From Octopus vulgaris (taxonomy: Eukaryota), in contig OX597824.1 in the NCBI GenBank assembly GCA_951406725.2, positions 92,318,001 to 92,382,000 on the forward strand: a stretch of 64,000 bases of DNA, given 5' to 3'. Position 1 is the stretch's first letter. Each line of letters starts with the position of its first letter. Of this stretch, positions 1 through 13,915 are shown piece by piece. The notes below the pieces were generated by a model that did no database searches, had not been told where the DNA came from, and was given only the letters and a program-made list of their open reading frames with translations. The position numbers were made by a program, and so were the translations under genes.

Positions 1-900
1 GATTACTATCTTAATATTAGACGGACTCCATCCCTAATTTCTTAAAATTGATGTCAGTAAAGGAAAAAGGAAAATAAAAAGTTCATATCAGGTTCATGAT
101 GAATTTCAATCTGAAGAGTCAGGCAAAATCCTCCATAATTTGAATTATAATTAATTAGCTTAATATGTAAGAATGTTGAGAGGAAAGAGTTTAATCATCG
201 GCATGTACTGGTGCCATTTGAAGGCCGTTTCATTTCAATAATCATTGAAGTTCGTTTGAGTTCCATTCACTTTCTCAAACGTAGCATAGAAACAATTTCG
301 CGATTCGTATGTCTTAATGTGTCAAAGGTGAATAGAAGCGCTGCATTAATCCGTTAATACGTTCTTTGGAATATGGGCAATAATTTCATTGTCAAGTATA
401 TCACAGAGAATACTGAATTATCCTTGGTGATAATTATTCAAAGAAGACGTATTCATAATGATTAAGAAGAGGATCCATGGAGGATTTTTGATCCATATAT
501 AATAATATTGATAGGAAACCTCCAGTAGGATCTGTGGTATTGTGTTTAAGCATTGTTCTGTTACAGCTCATCTATAAAGGCCTCTCGGTTACCTTCAAGT
601 TTTTAATATTCATTGTGAATATCCTTCGTTAGCAAGGGGTTACTTTCGTATGAGAAATTTTAAGTAGTTGATATGATTGGTAATATTATGCGATTTATGT
701 TTATGAATACGTGCAAGAGGAAATGTAAAAGGGACTTCATGTGGATTTGAATCAAAGGAAATGCCAGCCAAAATTATGCACTCTATGAAAATTACAGGAT
801 TCCATGCACAAGGAATTGTAGAGCTCCACATTGCTTCAAAATGGAAAACCCATGACATTTGTAACAGGAATATATTGTTCTTCTTTAACAGACTTGATAT
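1..900 (-). pseudogene. Highly decayed Penelope-like retroelement ORF remnant (RT thumb/linker to GIY-YIG region)
   Basis: Minus-strand translation across stops and frameshifts gives NIII..WIKNPPW (cf. the RNIIWFNPPF linker), ARIHKHKSHN (cf. YIHKxSNHP) and LWRILP (cf. IKWxIL), in the expected order. Motif recall only. Confidence 0.35.
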
Positions 901-1086
901 ATCCGCAAAAAAACTTATTTGATGATTCCAGCTGTCTCTATGAGAAGGCGCTAAGGGCTATATATTTGACACATACTGAAAATATCAAGTGCAGATAATG
1001 TTTTGGGTGTGCGCATTAAGAGTACAAACGAATTTCTAATTTTGTTAGAATGCTAGTAAGTTTGAGAGGAGGATAAAATATATTGT

Positions 1087-1210
1087 ATCGACCCCAGTCA
1101 TCAACTGGTAATTATTTCATCTGATCTGAAAGAGTGGAAAGCAAAGTTGATCTTTGTGACATTTGAACGCGGAACGTAAGTAGCGGGATTAAATGATACT
1201 AAGCATAGTT
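1087..1210 (-). mobile_element. Degenerate SINE family A fragment
   Basis: atcgaccccagt...ctggta...gcaaagttga...atttgaac matches the reverse complement of the family A body seen in the younger copies. Confidence 0.6.
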
Positions 1211-1669
1211 ACGAAATAGTAAGGACTTATAATAGCCATGATGAGAGAAACAATGTACATATATTCCGAAAAGATTTGTAAATATTTTGCGACCAAGTTT
1301 ATGCAGAGCTTACAATTCATACTCTAAGAGGAGAGAGAAAGTCCAATCTTTGACATACGTTGGGAATAATTTTCGCGTATGACAATCAGCTTCAATGTGG
1401 TGAATACAGGTGAAAATTGAAATGAGGACTATTCGGAGAAAAAGATTAAATAAGATGTTGTTGGAGACATGCGAAACGGTAAAACGAGGATGGGACTAAA
1501 AATTAAACTAACTGGTATTATGGTAAGGTAAGACTTTGCTTAATTGTTTTGATAAAAAGTCAAAAGAAAACCATGCGTTGCAATTTATATTGTAGTAACA
1601 TTTATAATATGAAGAAGAATTCAACATATTGTCCGATGGACGTTAGTGGTCAGCATGTATCCGATTGTG

Positions 1670-1930
1670 CATAGACATATATATGTGTGTGTATACATAT
1701 ATATATTCATATTCATATGTGTATGCGTGTGCGTGTGAGTTTGTATGTGCATATGTGAGCGTGTATCTATGTATATGTATACGTATAATCGCATGTAGAG
1801 ATAGGCACAAAATATGTGCATATATATATATATATATATACATATGCATATTCATGTGTATGTGTTTACGTGTGAGTTTGTGTGCGCATATACTAATATC
1901 ATGCATGTATACATTTAATTTCGTGTGTCA
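1670..1930. repeat. Compound (TA)n/(TG)n microsatellite
   Basis: Visible alternating purine-pyrimidine repeats. Confidence 0.9.
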
Positions 1931-2046
1931 CATAGCTAGCCTGAGGGGATGGCCTCTTGGAGCTAATCAACGGCAGCATTCGTCCTATATTGCTGGACTG
2001 CCAGTTTAGCTTGTCGATAACTATTAGTATCCAGTACCGCTGCCGT

Positions 2047-2210
2047 AGTTCTCATTAGGAATGAGAACCCAGGTTCGAAATTTCCCCAAGGCACCTGATG
2101 AAGTCTGGAGGGTATATCAGCCGAAACTTTTTCTTAACAACAAACAAGATGAGGACACATATCCGTCAAATATAAATAATGTACATAATTCCTCATCCCT
2201 TAAATATATA
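2047..2210 (+). mobile_element. Short Penelope-terminus-like element with decayed hammerhead motif
   Basis: CTGATGA-A (2095-2102), stem II gtctg/cagcc (one mismatch), GAAAC (2123-2127). Stems I and III are degenerate. A 9-bp hairpin gttctcatt-agg-aatgagaac sits at the 5' end. Confidence 0.5.
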
Positions 2211-2820
2211 ATCAATGAAGACTTGGCATTCATGATGATATCGATATCACAGTTGACAATAGCACCATCTTTAGTTCCAACTTCCAGAGCCTTGACGAAC
2301 GAAAGACGGGCATGAAAATTGTCGGGTAGATCTGGCTTATCTCCAAATAAACGAAACGACATAAAATTTCAACGCTGATGCTTCTAAACCACTTAACGCT
2401 AACATTTCTTTTGTTTCATTTTGGTAATCTCATGACGTTTGTAATTTTGTCATTAATATCGTCTGCTCATTAGTATATATTTGATAATTCTACGCTTGTT
2501 GCGGTTTAGGATAACGAGTGCACTTTATTAATTAGCTTAAATATCGGGGCTATTATTTTTCACTTCGTAGTTAATGCTGTCGTAGGTGTTAGTGATAAAT
2601 TTCTTGTAATGTTTAAGTGGTATCGTTCGTTACGTTTTTAGAGTATGTATCCATGTCTGCAGAATTCAGTCGGTCTGTGTCTTATGAAGATTTGTATAAT
2701 GTGTCAGAAATGGTAATGGTCGTGCTGGCAAATGTTATTTTACGGCGAAAAGCATTATTACATTTACTAAATCAAACTGAGCTGATAATTTCCAGAAGTT
2801 CAGGTACCGCAGAGTAACAA
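2211..2820 (-). pseudogene. Decayed Penelope-like RT N-terminal remnant, probably the same element as 1-900
   Basis: Minus frames give DTYSKNVTND, HYKKFITNTYDSINYEVK and GDKPDLPDNFHARL, resembling PLE segments TYKK..IN.EAK and LKDHKPNFxNNPxCRL. Many stops. Confidence 0.3.
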
Positions 2821-2837
2821 GTTGTAATAGGATTATA

Positions 2838-2903
2838 CATGTGTGTGTGTCTGTGTGTGTTTGCATCTCTCTCTTTCTTTCTCTCTCTCTCAGTCTCTTT
2901 CTC

Positions 2904-3000
<97 letters not shown>

Positions 3001-3143
3001 CATTGCAAATACATATTTCTGTGTTTGTGTGAGTATATATTTGTGTATATATTATGCTATACGTTTATCTATATTTATTTACATGCTATGATCTGTAGCT
3101 CTATAGGATGTGCCTCGAGAGTGAATAAGATATATATATATAT

Positions 3144-3197
<54 letters not shown>

Positions 3198-3236
3198 GTA
3201 TGTATATATATATATATATCATATTTACTCTCGCAT

Positions 3237-3282
<46 letters not shown>

Positions 3283-3426
3283 ACACATATATATACATAT
3301 ACGTATATATATATATATATGTTTATGTGTACATATATATATTTATATATATTATATACATGTAATATTTGTGTATATATGTATCTGTAAATATATATAT
3401 ATATATATTTACAGATACATATATAC

Positions 3427-3520
<94 letters not shown>

Positions 3521-3700
3521 AACTATTTTTCCGTTTCTTTTACATCCTCCAGGTGAAACACATATATACACTTAGGCGTGAAGACAACAAACCTGAAACA
3601 GAAACAGACACACAAACACACACACACATACACACACATACACACAGACGCAAACACACACAACCAAATACATACGCACAATCACAAACCCACACTTATC
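2838..3700. repeat. Large compound (TA)n/(TG)n/(CT)n/(CA)n microsatellite field
   Basis: Direct inspection; source of the YIYI/CVCV pseudo-ORFs. Confidence 0.95.
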
Positions 3701-4084
3701 CACAATATATGCTATTATTACTTCGCAGCAATACCGCATTAGCTCACCTGTTCAATTGCTTTCTAAAACTTTTAGTTGCCGAAGACTTTCGGAATGTCTG
3801 AATGCTTGTAATCAATGCGGCTGCTACAAACATTACACTTACATCAAAACTCTCGTATCAGCAGGGGGTTAATTTCCCATATAATAAATCTATTTGTAAT
3901 ATATGTGGGAAAGAATTTGTTTCGTGTATGATTTAACTAGAATGTATTTTATCTCATGGAAAGGTCATTTGTCTCAACCAAACGATGGTACAATGCAGAG
4001 TAATATGTAATATGTATCGTGTATTCATTGTAACAATGTTGTTTTAATTTCTTTATTACTATTATTACTGTCATTATTCCACCT

Positions 4085-4600
4085 AGGACGACTTCGCTTT
4101 TCAACTTTTCGGGGTCGATAAATTAAGTATAAGTGAAACAGTAGCCCCCTCCCCTCATGTTTCAGGCCTTATGCCTATATTAGAAAGTATTATTGTTCCT
4201 ATTGTTAAGGTGGCGAGCTGGAAGAATCGTTAGCACGCCGGGCGAAATGCTTAGCAGTATTTCGCCTGCCGCTACGTTCTGAGTTCAAATTCCGCCGGGG
4301 TCGATTAAATAAGTACCAGTTACGCACTGGGGTCGATATAATCGGCTCAATCCGTTTGTCTGTCCTTGTTTGTCCCCTCTGTGTTTAGCCCCTTGTGGGT
4401 AGTAAAGAAATAGGTATTTCGTGTGCCGTTACGTTCAGAGTTCAAATTCCACTGAGGTCGACTTTCATCCTTTCATCCTTTCGGGGTCGATTAAATAAGA
4501 GCCAGTTACGCACTGGGGTCGAGGTACTCGACTTAATCCCTTTGCCAGGCCTTGCCCCCCCCCTCTATGTTTAGTCCCTTGTCGGAAATAAAGAAATAAA
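4085..4600 (+). mobile_element. SINE family A (tRNA head, Meta/MESC-like core): 3' fragment at 4085-4200 plus a dimeric copy at 4207-4600
   Basis: Head aaggtggcgagctgg, B-box gagttcaaattcc, core tttcatcctttcggggtcgattaaataagtaccag. The body restarts at ggtatttcg (about 4413). Confidence 0.9.
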
Positions 4601-5937
4601 TATATTGTCTAATTTCCTTCTTTCCAAAGACAGAAGGAACATGGTTTGAAGGAAGTTTGGTAATAATTTTTGCCAGTCGAGTGACTAGTAGCGCAACTTA
4701 AGTTCGTTTATTAGTTGACGTATAATGTGTGATTCACGTGATACTTCTTTTGATATCAGATAAATAATCACAAACACCTTGAACGTTTTAATTATCATAT
4801 TAAAGAAAAAATATAAAAGAAACAAAGCAAACGGAAATATTTTATTAGGGATCTAATTTAATTGCAATGTCAAGTAATTTATTTAGAACTTCCCTTCACG
4901 ATGCACCATACCGAATGAAATGTTGCAATTTTTTTTTTTTTCATTTTCTCTCTCTGAATGAAGCAAGTCATTTGTTGAAACCTATTGGCTATTAGCTCTT
5001 ATATCTTCATACGATGGTAGCAAATGAACAAATATAAATGCATCGTTTGACACGCATCAACGCAGATTGATAACATGAAAAAGATCAACAATTATACAGC
5101 AAATGTCAGAGGATGGAATCACCTAATTAACCAGCATTAATAAATCCAGTTTAGTCAGGTCAAGAGTAAAATCTGTGTAGTTTAATTAACTTGTACGTAA
5201 GTGAACATATAATTAGTAGCTGTCGTTAATCAAATAGTTACACAACGAATGTTGGTCATTAATATTTTGAAAGTGTTAGCTCCCTGGTAAATAATCACAT
5301 GAAAAGCGATTCGACCGGCAGTTTCCGTATGCCACATAAACGCAACTTTTAAAACTTTCAATTAAAAGTAGGTGTTGTAATTAAAACTAGCAATGGAACC
5401 ACGAATGAGAGTTGGAGACATGTGTCAAAGAGCTGAGTTCGAATCTGAAGTGAGACGCTTCACTTTATTAATTCAACATACGTACAGCTTTCACTCGTAT
5501 AACGAATCCCAGGAAGGCTTTAAAAGCCTGTTAGATGTGTTTCAGCATGAGTAAACAAGTACATTTTCGACTTGTTTTGGTTTCTATTATCCAAAGTAAC
5601 TACATCTTTATGAAGGAAGCGGCGAGTCATTTGAATCGTATTTAGCTGCTACATCTTGGTCTTTCGATGATCCCGTCGAATCTTCATTATATAGCATTTT
5701 CTGGGAAAATATTAAAATTCAGTAGTCGAGAAGTTATTCACGAAAAAGCTGTAAATTTAGAATAATTTAAACAGGAGATTTTACTTTGAAATAAAAACTG
5801 ATTTTCCATGAAAATACTTTGAAGAAGTACGTAGATTCAATTTTATAACGGAGTTAAACCGAATTTGCTTCGGTTTTATGGTATTATATTTGTACCGCTA
5901 GGGGATATGTTTCTTCTAAACATGTTTATATATATTT

Positions 5938-6245
5938 TTTGACACCATTTTCAAGCCTAGCCAGGCTCATGGGCCCGATTTCCCGGTTTCTATGGCGTAT
6001 ATGTTCACGCCAGCTAGACGGGACGCCAGTCCATCGCAGTGTTACTCAAGAAACAGGGAGAGAGAGTGAGAGAAAGTTGTGGCGAAAGAGTACAACAGGG
6101 GTCGGGTCCACCCCTTGCCGGAGCGTCGTGGAGGTTTTAGTTGTTTTCGCTCAATAAACACACACATCACCTGATCTGGGAATCGAAACCGCGTTCCTCC
6201 AACCGCGAGTCCGCTGCCCTAACCACTGGGTTATTGCGCCTCCAC
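5938..6245 (-). mobile_element. SINE family B (tRNA-derived, OR-like head), tail type 1
   Basis: Reverse complement of ggaggcgcaat...cagtggttagggcagcggactcgcgg...ggtttcgattcccaga, followed by the shared core; homologous to 56930-57230. Confidence 0.85.
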
Positions 6246-7209
6246 TGCTTATATATTACTTGGTTCATATATGTCGGTGGTAAACAAAATGTCAGTGCCG
6301 TGTTAGCGCCTGGGACGACGCACTGCTAAATCTGTAGTTCATATCCTCAAACGTGTAACGATTTATTTAATGTTTAAGTAATTAGATGTCATAAGCCGAC
6401 GAAGCTGACCCGATGAAAGAACGAAGACACAAAAATTGACACTCGTATGAAATGTATACCACTTTATCTTAAGATATATCACCATTAACAATTTTCATGT
6501 ATTCCCATGGGCATATAGCATGATCAGATCTAAACTAAATTATATACTGTCCCAAATTAATTACTGTGACATTGAAATATCCTTATTTGACACTTTGCAG
6601 GCTCTAAAATATTTTCATTTCGAGATCGACTAATTTTGTGTACACATAAACGCATTTCCAGTTTGGTATTTTTTACTTCTTCTCATCACCGTTTATTATG
6701 GACTTTCTAACATTGCTAAATTGTTTCAAGAGCCCTTCCTCATGCTAATGGCATAAATTCCTCTGTCATTCACTGTCTCTGTTTGTTGCTTTCTCCAATA
6801 AAGAGCACCGATTCAAAGTCCAAATTAAATAGTGTAAAATTAAGGTGATAAAGGTGACATATTTTTATTCGATCTTGTGATCTTTTTGACACCAGAGGAG
6901 GATTATTAATTCGCTCTATTTAAATGAACTACACCGCAAACTCTAAATGTTTGATCAACTTTAGTCGTAAACATAATTATTTTAACATTTTCTATCATTT
7001 TAACAGTTTGTATCGTCGACAAGTTAATATATTCTTTTCCTCATTTTCATTAAGATAATTTCTAATGAAAAACTCAAGAAATATTGGTGATGGAAAGGAG
7101 TTCCTTGAGAAAAATGAATGTAATACCGAGAAGATCAAATTTCCAAATACGGTTAATTTTCGATTGTATTAATGTCTTAGCAGAAGTATGTCCGCAGAGT
7201 TGCGGGTCT

Positions 7210-7900
7210 CGGATCTTTTCCTTTTCATGGGCAGCTCGTTAAATTAATTTTCTTTAAGTAAACACTTTGAAACTTCGGATATTGGTAGAATGTGTCACAT
7301 AAAACATATTTTACTCTTAGCGTTGTTGAGAAAACTTTCTATTTTCGAAGCTATTTCGTGTTAAAGTTGTCGTATTTCGGTAATTTCAACCAATCAATGA
7401 CATGCATTCAGCTGAATAAAATTACTGCTGTTGTTTGTCAACAACAACTTCTGTTATTGTTATTTATGACATATTTCAACTCAGTTACGTTCCTATGAAT
7501 AAACGAATGTATCTGAAGCACGTTTACTACATGACACCACCATAATCGTTCGTGCTTTTAGGTTTTTTGCTGCTTTTCAGCTACTATTTTCGTAAAGACT
7601 TTTCCCCCCCATTTTCCCGCAAATTATTGGGGGTTTTTTTTTATACCTTTTGCCAAAAACACAGCTTTTCGGATACGGAAATTCCGGAAAATTGCCAAAA
7701 ATCGGAATTTTTCCAATTTTTGCGCCCCCTTACCCCTCCACCTCCAATTTCTTTATTGTTGACTTTTTTGTTACCTTAACCCTTAAACCCCAACCTTAAC
7801 TCTAACCTTAACCCTAAAACGTTAACCCTAATCCTAAAACCCTAATTAATGCGCAGTTTCTTTTGCACTTTCTGCAGGTATAATTTTCGCGAGAGATCCA
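7210..7900. mobile_element. Putative non-autonomous DNA element with internal telomere-like (TAACCC)n degenerate tract
   Basis: Bounded by ggatct (7211) and agatcc (about 7893-7898). taaccc/taacct/aaaccc units at 7777-7846. Confidence 0.45.
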
Positions 7901-8869
7901 CTTCACGATCGATGTTAACCAAACCATAGCTGGAGTATCCAGGCACGTAAAGCATCATTTCTATGATCAGAAATACGCATTTCTTTATCCTTTCCCTTTT
8001 TTAAAGAACATATTTTCAATTTACGGAGTATGCCGTGTCTGATACGAGTCTAATTTAAACTAATTTCAAAAGGACAGAATCAATAGGAATTGAACTGCTA
8101 TGGCATAAAATAATCTGCAAAATATCAGAAAACTAATAATATCAGAATGTAAAAACTAACGCTTATTTCACCGTAAGTTTTGAACACGTGATTACGTCAC
8201 AAATGCGACAAGACTTTTTATTCGAACTTATTATTTCCAATCACCTCTCTGCCATGTTTATTTATTTTTCCACCAAGCAGACTCATTTAATGTTTCTCTC
8301 TGACTAGTAACACTTGTTACTAGTCGTTTATTATTTAACGTCGTTATTATTTTTGTCATCACTTGTTATATTTGTGTGTTGTAGTGCAGAAGTCTGTGTT
8401 TACAAGTATAATTGTTTCAGGATCATTATTTTGTTTTTGTCCTGTCTATTTTTCAAAGTGTTAATATCTAACACTTGTTATTGCATCTGCTGGTTTAATT
8501 CACATCATTCTATCTGTTTATGTTTGTCTTTTCTCCTCATATCTATGTTTTTCAAATGACAATTCTATTTTTTTTTTTTCAAACTCGAAGCAGCTGTATG
8601 CCGCAAAACTTATGGTTATGTAAAATGGAGGAATTCATATTGAAAGAAAAATAAATGCGTTTTAAGTGTAAACTAAATCTCCGTACAGGAACAATTATTT
8701 TCCATTCCACAATAAAGGGGCGGGTACTGAAACAAACCACAATCTTCTCTTGGAAAATCAATTAGAAAGAAAAGAAGAATTTCCTATTAAGCATAACATA
8801 CAATATTCGAATCATGTGCCGAGGCAACGCAAACGTATTCCTTTACACTAAAATATAAATGCAATAATT

Positions 8870-9370
8870 ATTATTTCTACTCTAGACGCAAGGCCTTGTA
8901 AATTTGTTTTGGGGGAAGGGGCTAGTCGATTATATCGACCCCAGTGCGTAACTGGTACTTATGCAAATGCCATAATATTCATTTCTATTCTAGGCACAAG
9001 GCCTTGGACATTATTGTGGGAAAGGTGCTAGTCGATTACATCAACCCTAGTGCATAAGTACGATATATATTATCGACCCCGTCATGGTAGCTCAGAAAGT
9101 AAATGGCAGGAAGAAATGCCTCTAGATAATATTTTTTCCGGCAGGTAATATTGTTTTCTACTCTAGGTACAAGGGCTGAAATTTTAGGGGAAGGAGCCAG
9201 TCAATTTGACCGACCCCATTACGCAACTTGTACTTAATTTATCGAGCCCGAAAAGAGGAAAGGCAAAGTCGACCTCGGCGGAATTTGAACTCAGAACATA
9301 AAGATAGATGAAATGCCACTAAGCATTTCGCCACCCGGTGTGCTAACGATCCTGCCAGCTCGCTGCCTTG
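8870..9370 (-). mobile_element. Cluster of SINE family A: two 3' tails plus a full copy at 9153-9370
   Basis: The full copy is flanked by a near-identical 16-bp TSD tccggcaggtaatatt / tccgacaggtaatatt. Confidence 0.85.
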
Positions 9371-10699
9371 TCCGACAGGTAATATTAAATAATAATCCAT
9401 CAAATATAGGCACGCATCCTTAAATTTAGTTGGAGGGGATGATAGATTTCATCGAACCTAGAACTGTCATTGGTACTTACTTTATGCATCCTGGAAGAGT
9501 GAAAGGTAAAGTCACTCTTGACCCGACTGGAACGGAAAGGGACAGACGTGCAAAAATTTACGAAGAAATTTAATAAGATTTCAAAATTTACTAATAGACT
9601 ATTAGAAGAGTGAATTGAATTTGTTATAACATAAAACAAAACATGTCTGTCTGCTCCAGATTTAAATTATGAAAAGAATATTGAAAACTAAAATGCATAA
9701 AGAAATGTAGAAATTCAAAGCGTCAACGTGACTATCTTGGATTCCTTCTGGGACCAAAGAAAAAGACGTCATCAAGTTTATTTTATTTATCCGTAATTGC
9801 TTCAAAAAAAGACTAAAGAGAAACAAAAATCCAAAATTGGAAAAAGAACCAAAAATTCAACGTTTAGTCAAAAGGTTTTGTATAAATCTTTTGAAAATTA
9901 TAAGTCACTTCTCTTCAGTCCCCAAGGACGGAACGCAAACAAATTACAAATATATTTGTCTCCATGTCTTTTGAAAAGAGAAAGCTGTTTTAAGTTAGAA
10001 TATTTTCGAAGAATATTTACTTTAAAGTCTTCCTCAAAGGTACAGTCGGTCATTTGCAGTAAATGCTAGACAAGTTCTGTTTATATCTATGGCCATTAAA
10101 TCTTCTGTTTATTTTTTCTGTTGTGCAACCAACGTAAATCAAATCACATTTTGTGTTTTCAGCTTCATATAGAAAATGGAAAGTTTTACAGCACCTCGCG
10201 TCAATATACACCATAATATTTCTTTCAGAAAAAAGTGATACAATTGATCTAACTCATGCTACACAATGAACAGAGATTGTTTCTCTCGCAGATTTTTTTA
10301 GGACTAAAGCACTCAGAAATTCCTATTGGGTTTATATTACGCTCGGTGGTACAAGCTGATATTTTTCTCATATTTTTATATATCGAAAAGTAACAGCAGA
10401 CAGGTGAGGATATATTGTTTAGAGTGGGGATTGTTTTATAAATTATGTTAACTCTCGTGTAACGCTTTTGAAATGTCAGTGAAATTTCGGGGCTTGTTAT
10501 TTAGTAAAGGTATTCGGTAAGAAGTTTTACTTTGACATCTATGTTTAGGCGTGAATAGTTGAAATTCGTTAATTTTAAGTGTGTCGTCTGCTATTTGTTC
10601 CAACTTCTATGTCGTCTGCTATTTCTTCCAACTCACTATAACTACATTTGACACAAAAAATCATTTTTATGTTTTCGATAACCACCTATGCCAGTATAG

Positions 10700-11800
10700 T
10701 TTTATTCTTAGAGATTGGGAGCTGCATTTGATGTAATCATATCGATGTAGATGATCGGATAGGTGTTGAGTAAAACAGTCGTGGCCTTCTGAGTAAAACA
10801 GTCGTGCAAAATAGTCGTGGCCTTCTGAAAGTTCGGAAAACTGAAAAATAAATATGTGTTAAATATAAATTCATAATTTTGTGTGAAGCGTGCACAGAAA
10901 TGTAGAAATTCAACTAAACTACCCCGCATTCCTTTCCAGACAGGCGCTACCAATGGCCATTAAATAGAGTAATGGTTCATGAAGTTCATGAGCAGAAATT
11001 GATATAAATGTCTGTCGTAACTGTAGCCAAAATCTGGAGAGAAATTAAATACCATGCTGGTACGCATGTCACAACCTTTCATTCTCAAGGAAAATGTTTG
11101 TCCCCAAAACTTCCTGTTATTTGTTCCGCAAAAAAAAACCACTTCAATAATTTACAACGGGTATACCATAGAAAATATTTGTTTGGCCATATCTTAAAGA
11201 CATCTTTGTATACTTTGCCCCACTTCAACAGAGTTAATGATGGAGTAAACTGGGAACATAGAACGGGTTGCCAAAAGATAGTTTGCAAATATTTTTCGGA
11301 GCTTAAAAGAATTTGCAATTTTGTGAAATATATCAAGCATATCCCGAATGCAAATGATCCAATTAGATAGTCAATCAACCACTTCAAAATTTTGGTCGTA
11401 CAACTCATATACCTACAGCAAATTAGGTTTAATAGGGGAAATGTTTCAAATATTTTGTGAAATTTTTAGAAACAGATATAGTACAGCTAACTTTTGCACA
11501 AACGACACTGTGTTAAATTCAATGTGATTAATAAATTGTTTTCCTCCATTTTTAAAAATATCACAATTTTTTTCTATAATCGGGTGATTGGATTCACAGG
11601 TAATTCTTCCAAATTTATTTTGTCACTTAAATTTTATTTAAATATCCTTGTCCAAATTTACGACAAAACCTCTTCTATTATCACACAAATACAAATATTG
11701 ACAGCTATACGAAGTGCTCTACATAGGGAATTTTTAAAGTGATTCTACGTCATGTTTGTCCCTGTTTTGTGGCTATCACTAATGTCTTACCAGATATTCG
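10700..11800 (-). pseudogene. Possible decayed DDE transposase remnant (Merlin/ISXO2-like)
   Basis: Minus frames: GKVYKDVFKIWPNKY..KWFFFAE (cf. GKxVEIDESKFGKRKY..QWVFGGIE) and TITLFNGHW (cf. HTNTIEGxW). Short tandem repeats at 10584-10640 and 10768-10830. Weak. Confidence 0.25.
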
Positions 11801-11909
11801 TCTGAGTAAAATATTGAAAATTTTGCAGCGAAATTATGCCAAAACAATCAAAATCGTCATTTTTCAACAAACGTGTGATTGCCTGACACATCGATACTAT
11901 TAAAACAAA

Positions 11910-11953
11910 ATAATAATGATAATAATAATAATAACAACAACAACAACAACAAC

Positions 11954-11998
<45 letters not shown>
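11910..11998. repeat. (AAT)n/(AAC)n microsatellite
   Basis: Direct inspection. Confidence 0.95.
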
Positions 11999-12617
11999 CC
12001 TTCAGCTTGAGACGTCAGACAAACTATAAAAATAATAAATTAGTTAAATTAATCTTATCAAAATCATTGTTTTGGGGCAGGAACATAGTCGAAGCTCTAA
12101 GTCATATCTATCGTCTATTAATTGTTTCAAATTTGATGAATTTATGAGCAATTTTCGTGGTAAAATTTATTAGACAACCGCTTTCCACACTACTATTTTC
12201 ATTAGATATTTCTGATTGTCTTCTGATTTTTATTTGAATATTTAACAAACCTTTTTCCCAATGTTTCTTTATATCTTTATCCAGTTACAAACACGAGAAA
12301 CTTGATGTCATGTTGTTTTTCCTGAAATTTTGAAAATCTGTATTTTTGTGTTTTGTGTATTTGTCATTTTCCATTTGTATTATCTTACTTTGAACATGAG
12401 GTAGACATGAAATGAATTAATTGCATCTTGTACGATTATAATTATGTATTTACAGTTGTGAAGGGACCCATCAATCTTCATAAATTATCAAAGTCACTGT
12501 ATGTTGAACGTATGTTTGATGTTTATGCTGTGACGTACAAGATTTGCAACATTTTGTTCTGCTGGTTGTCAAAATCATCGGACGTTATGAGAAACCCATA
12601 ATATAAAATGCAATCTT

Positions 12618-12810
12618 TGCTTCTTCTTCTTCTTTTTCTTCTTCTTCTTCTTCTTCTTCTTCTTCTTCTTCTTCTTTTTCTTCATCTCCTTCTTCTCCTT
12701 CTTCCTCTTCTTTTTTTTCTTCTTCTTCTTCTTCTTCATCTCGTTCTTCTTCTTCTTCTTCTTTTTCTTCTTCTCCTTCTTTCTCTTCTTCTTCATCTCC
12801 TTCTTCTCCT

Positions 12811-12842
<32 letters not shown>

Positions 12843-12956
12843 TTCTTCTTCTTTTTTTTTTCTTCTTCTTCTTCTTCTTCATCTCGTTCTTCTTCTTCTT
12901 CATCTCGTTCTTCTTCTTCTCCTTCTTCCTCTTCTTCTTCATCTCCTTCTTCTCCT

Positions 12957-12988
<32 letters not shown>

Positions 12989-13064
12989 TACTTCTTCTTC
13001 TCCTTCTTCCTCTTCTTCTTCATCTCCTTCTTCTCCTTCTTCTTCTTTTTCTTCTTCTTCTTCT
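12618..13064. repeat. Compound (CTT)n polypyrimidine microsatellite with higher-order variant units
   Basis: About 445 bp almost purely C/T on the + strand; the variant block catctccttcttctccttc recurs. Confidence 0.95.
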
Positions 13065-13915
13065 CACCGTGGGTTTGCCAGTACTGATGCTTTTTTGAGA
13101 TGACTGTGTTGAGGTCAATCCATAGCAACAAAATATGAAAATAACAAAAAAAATGTCCATTCATTTAAGAATCGGAAAGAGAGAAATCCGCATTCCTATT
13201 AGTTAAACAACTTGATAGTTTTCGCGCCAAAATTTAGGAGCGTCTATCATTTCTTGATAAGCGCAGACGCCAGCAGTTCTTACCTGAAGTTCTCTCATCA
13301 AATATGCCAATGCGCGCATCACATTCTCACGACTCATTGCTTCAAAAGTTTAAAGTCATTGATGAGGGTGCCTCATTTTATGGAAAAGACGGTATTATTC
13401 AGCACTACTGCTGAAAGTTAGTATCAATTGCTGGGAACATAAGCAGAAACGTGAATGGTTTTAAGCATGTGTGTTCTTCGGAATAACCTTTCAGTCATCT
13501 GAGTTTATTATCTGAAGATTATTTACTAATTCTGAGGTTCCTCTAGCTGTAACAAATATGTAGCCAAACTTATATTTCTAGCTTTTTGATATTCATTTGC
13601 ATATGAAACAATGCCTCTTCCTGAACGCGAACCATAAGATTAACTCTCTTCAGGTTATCGTAATTCGATGCCAGAAAAATTGAAAACCTTCTTCGCCAAG
13701 AAACTGCGATTGTTTCTGAGAGTTGCTTTATTTATATATATCCTACGAATTGCGTGAAGCTACACCTTTATATATACACACACACATACTCACATACACA
13801 GGCACACAAACATAAGTACACATAGACAGACATACATATAGATAGATAATAGTTAGCGTGAAAAACCTTATAAGGGAAACATTTATTAATTATTTCCTTT
13901 AAATATAGTTATTTG

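Noticed and set aside
8302-8325. 24-bp palindrome gactagtaaca-ct-tgttactagtc
   Set aside because: Isolated short hairpin with no supporting context.
10584-10830. Short direct repeats of 23-28 bp suggestive of a CRISPR-like array
   Set aside because: Only 2-3 adjacent copies without unique spacers, in eukaryotic DNA; these are local tandem duplications.
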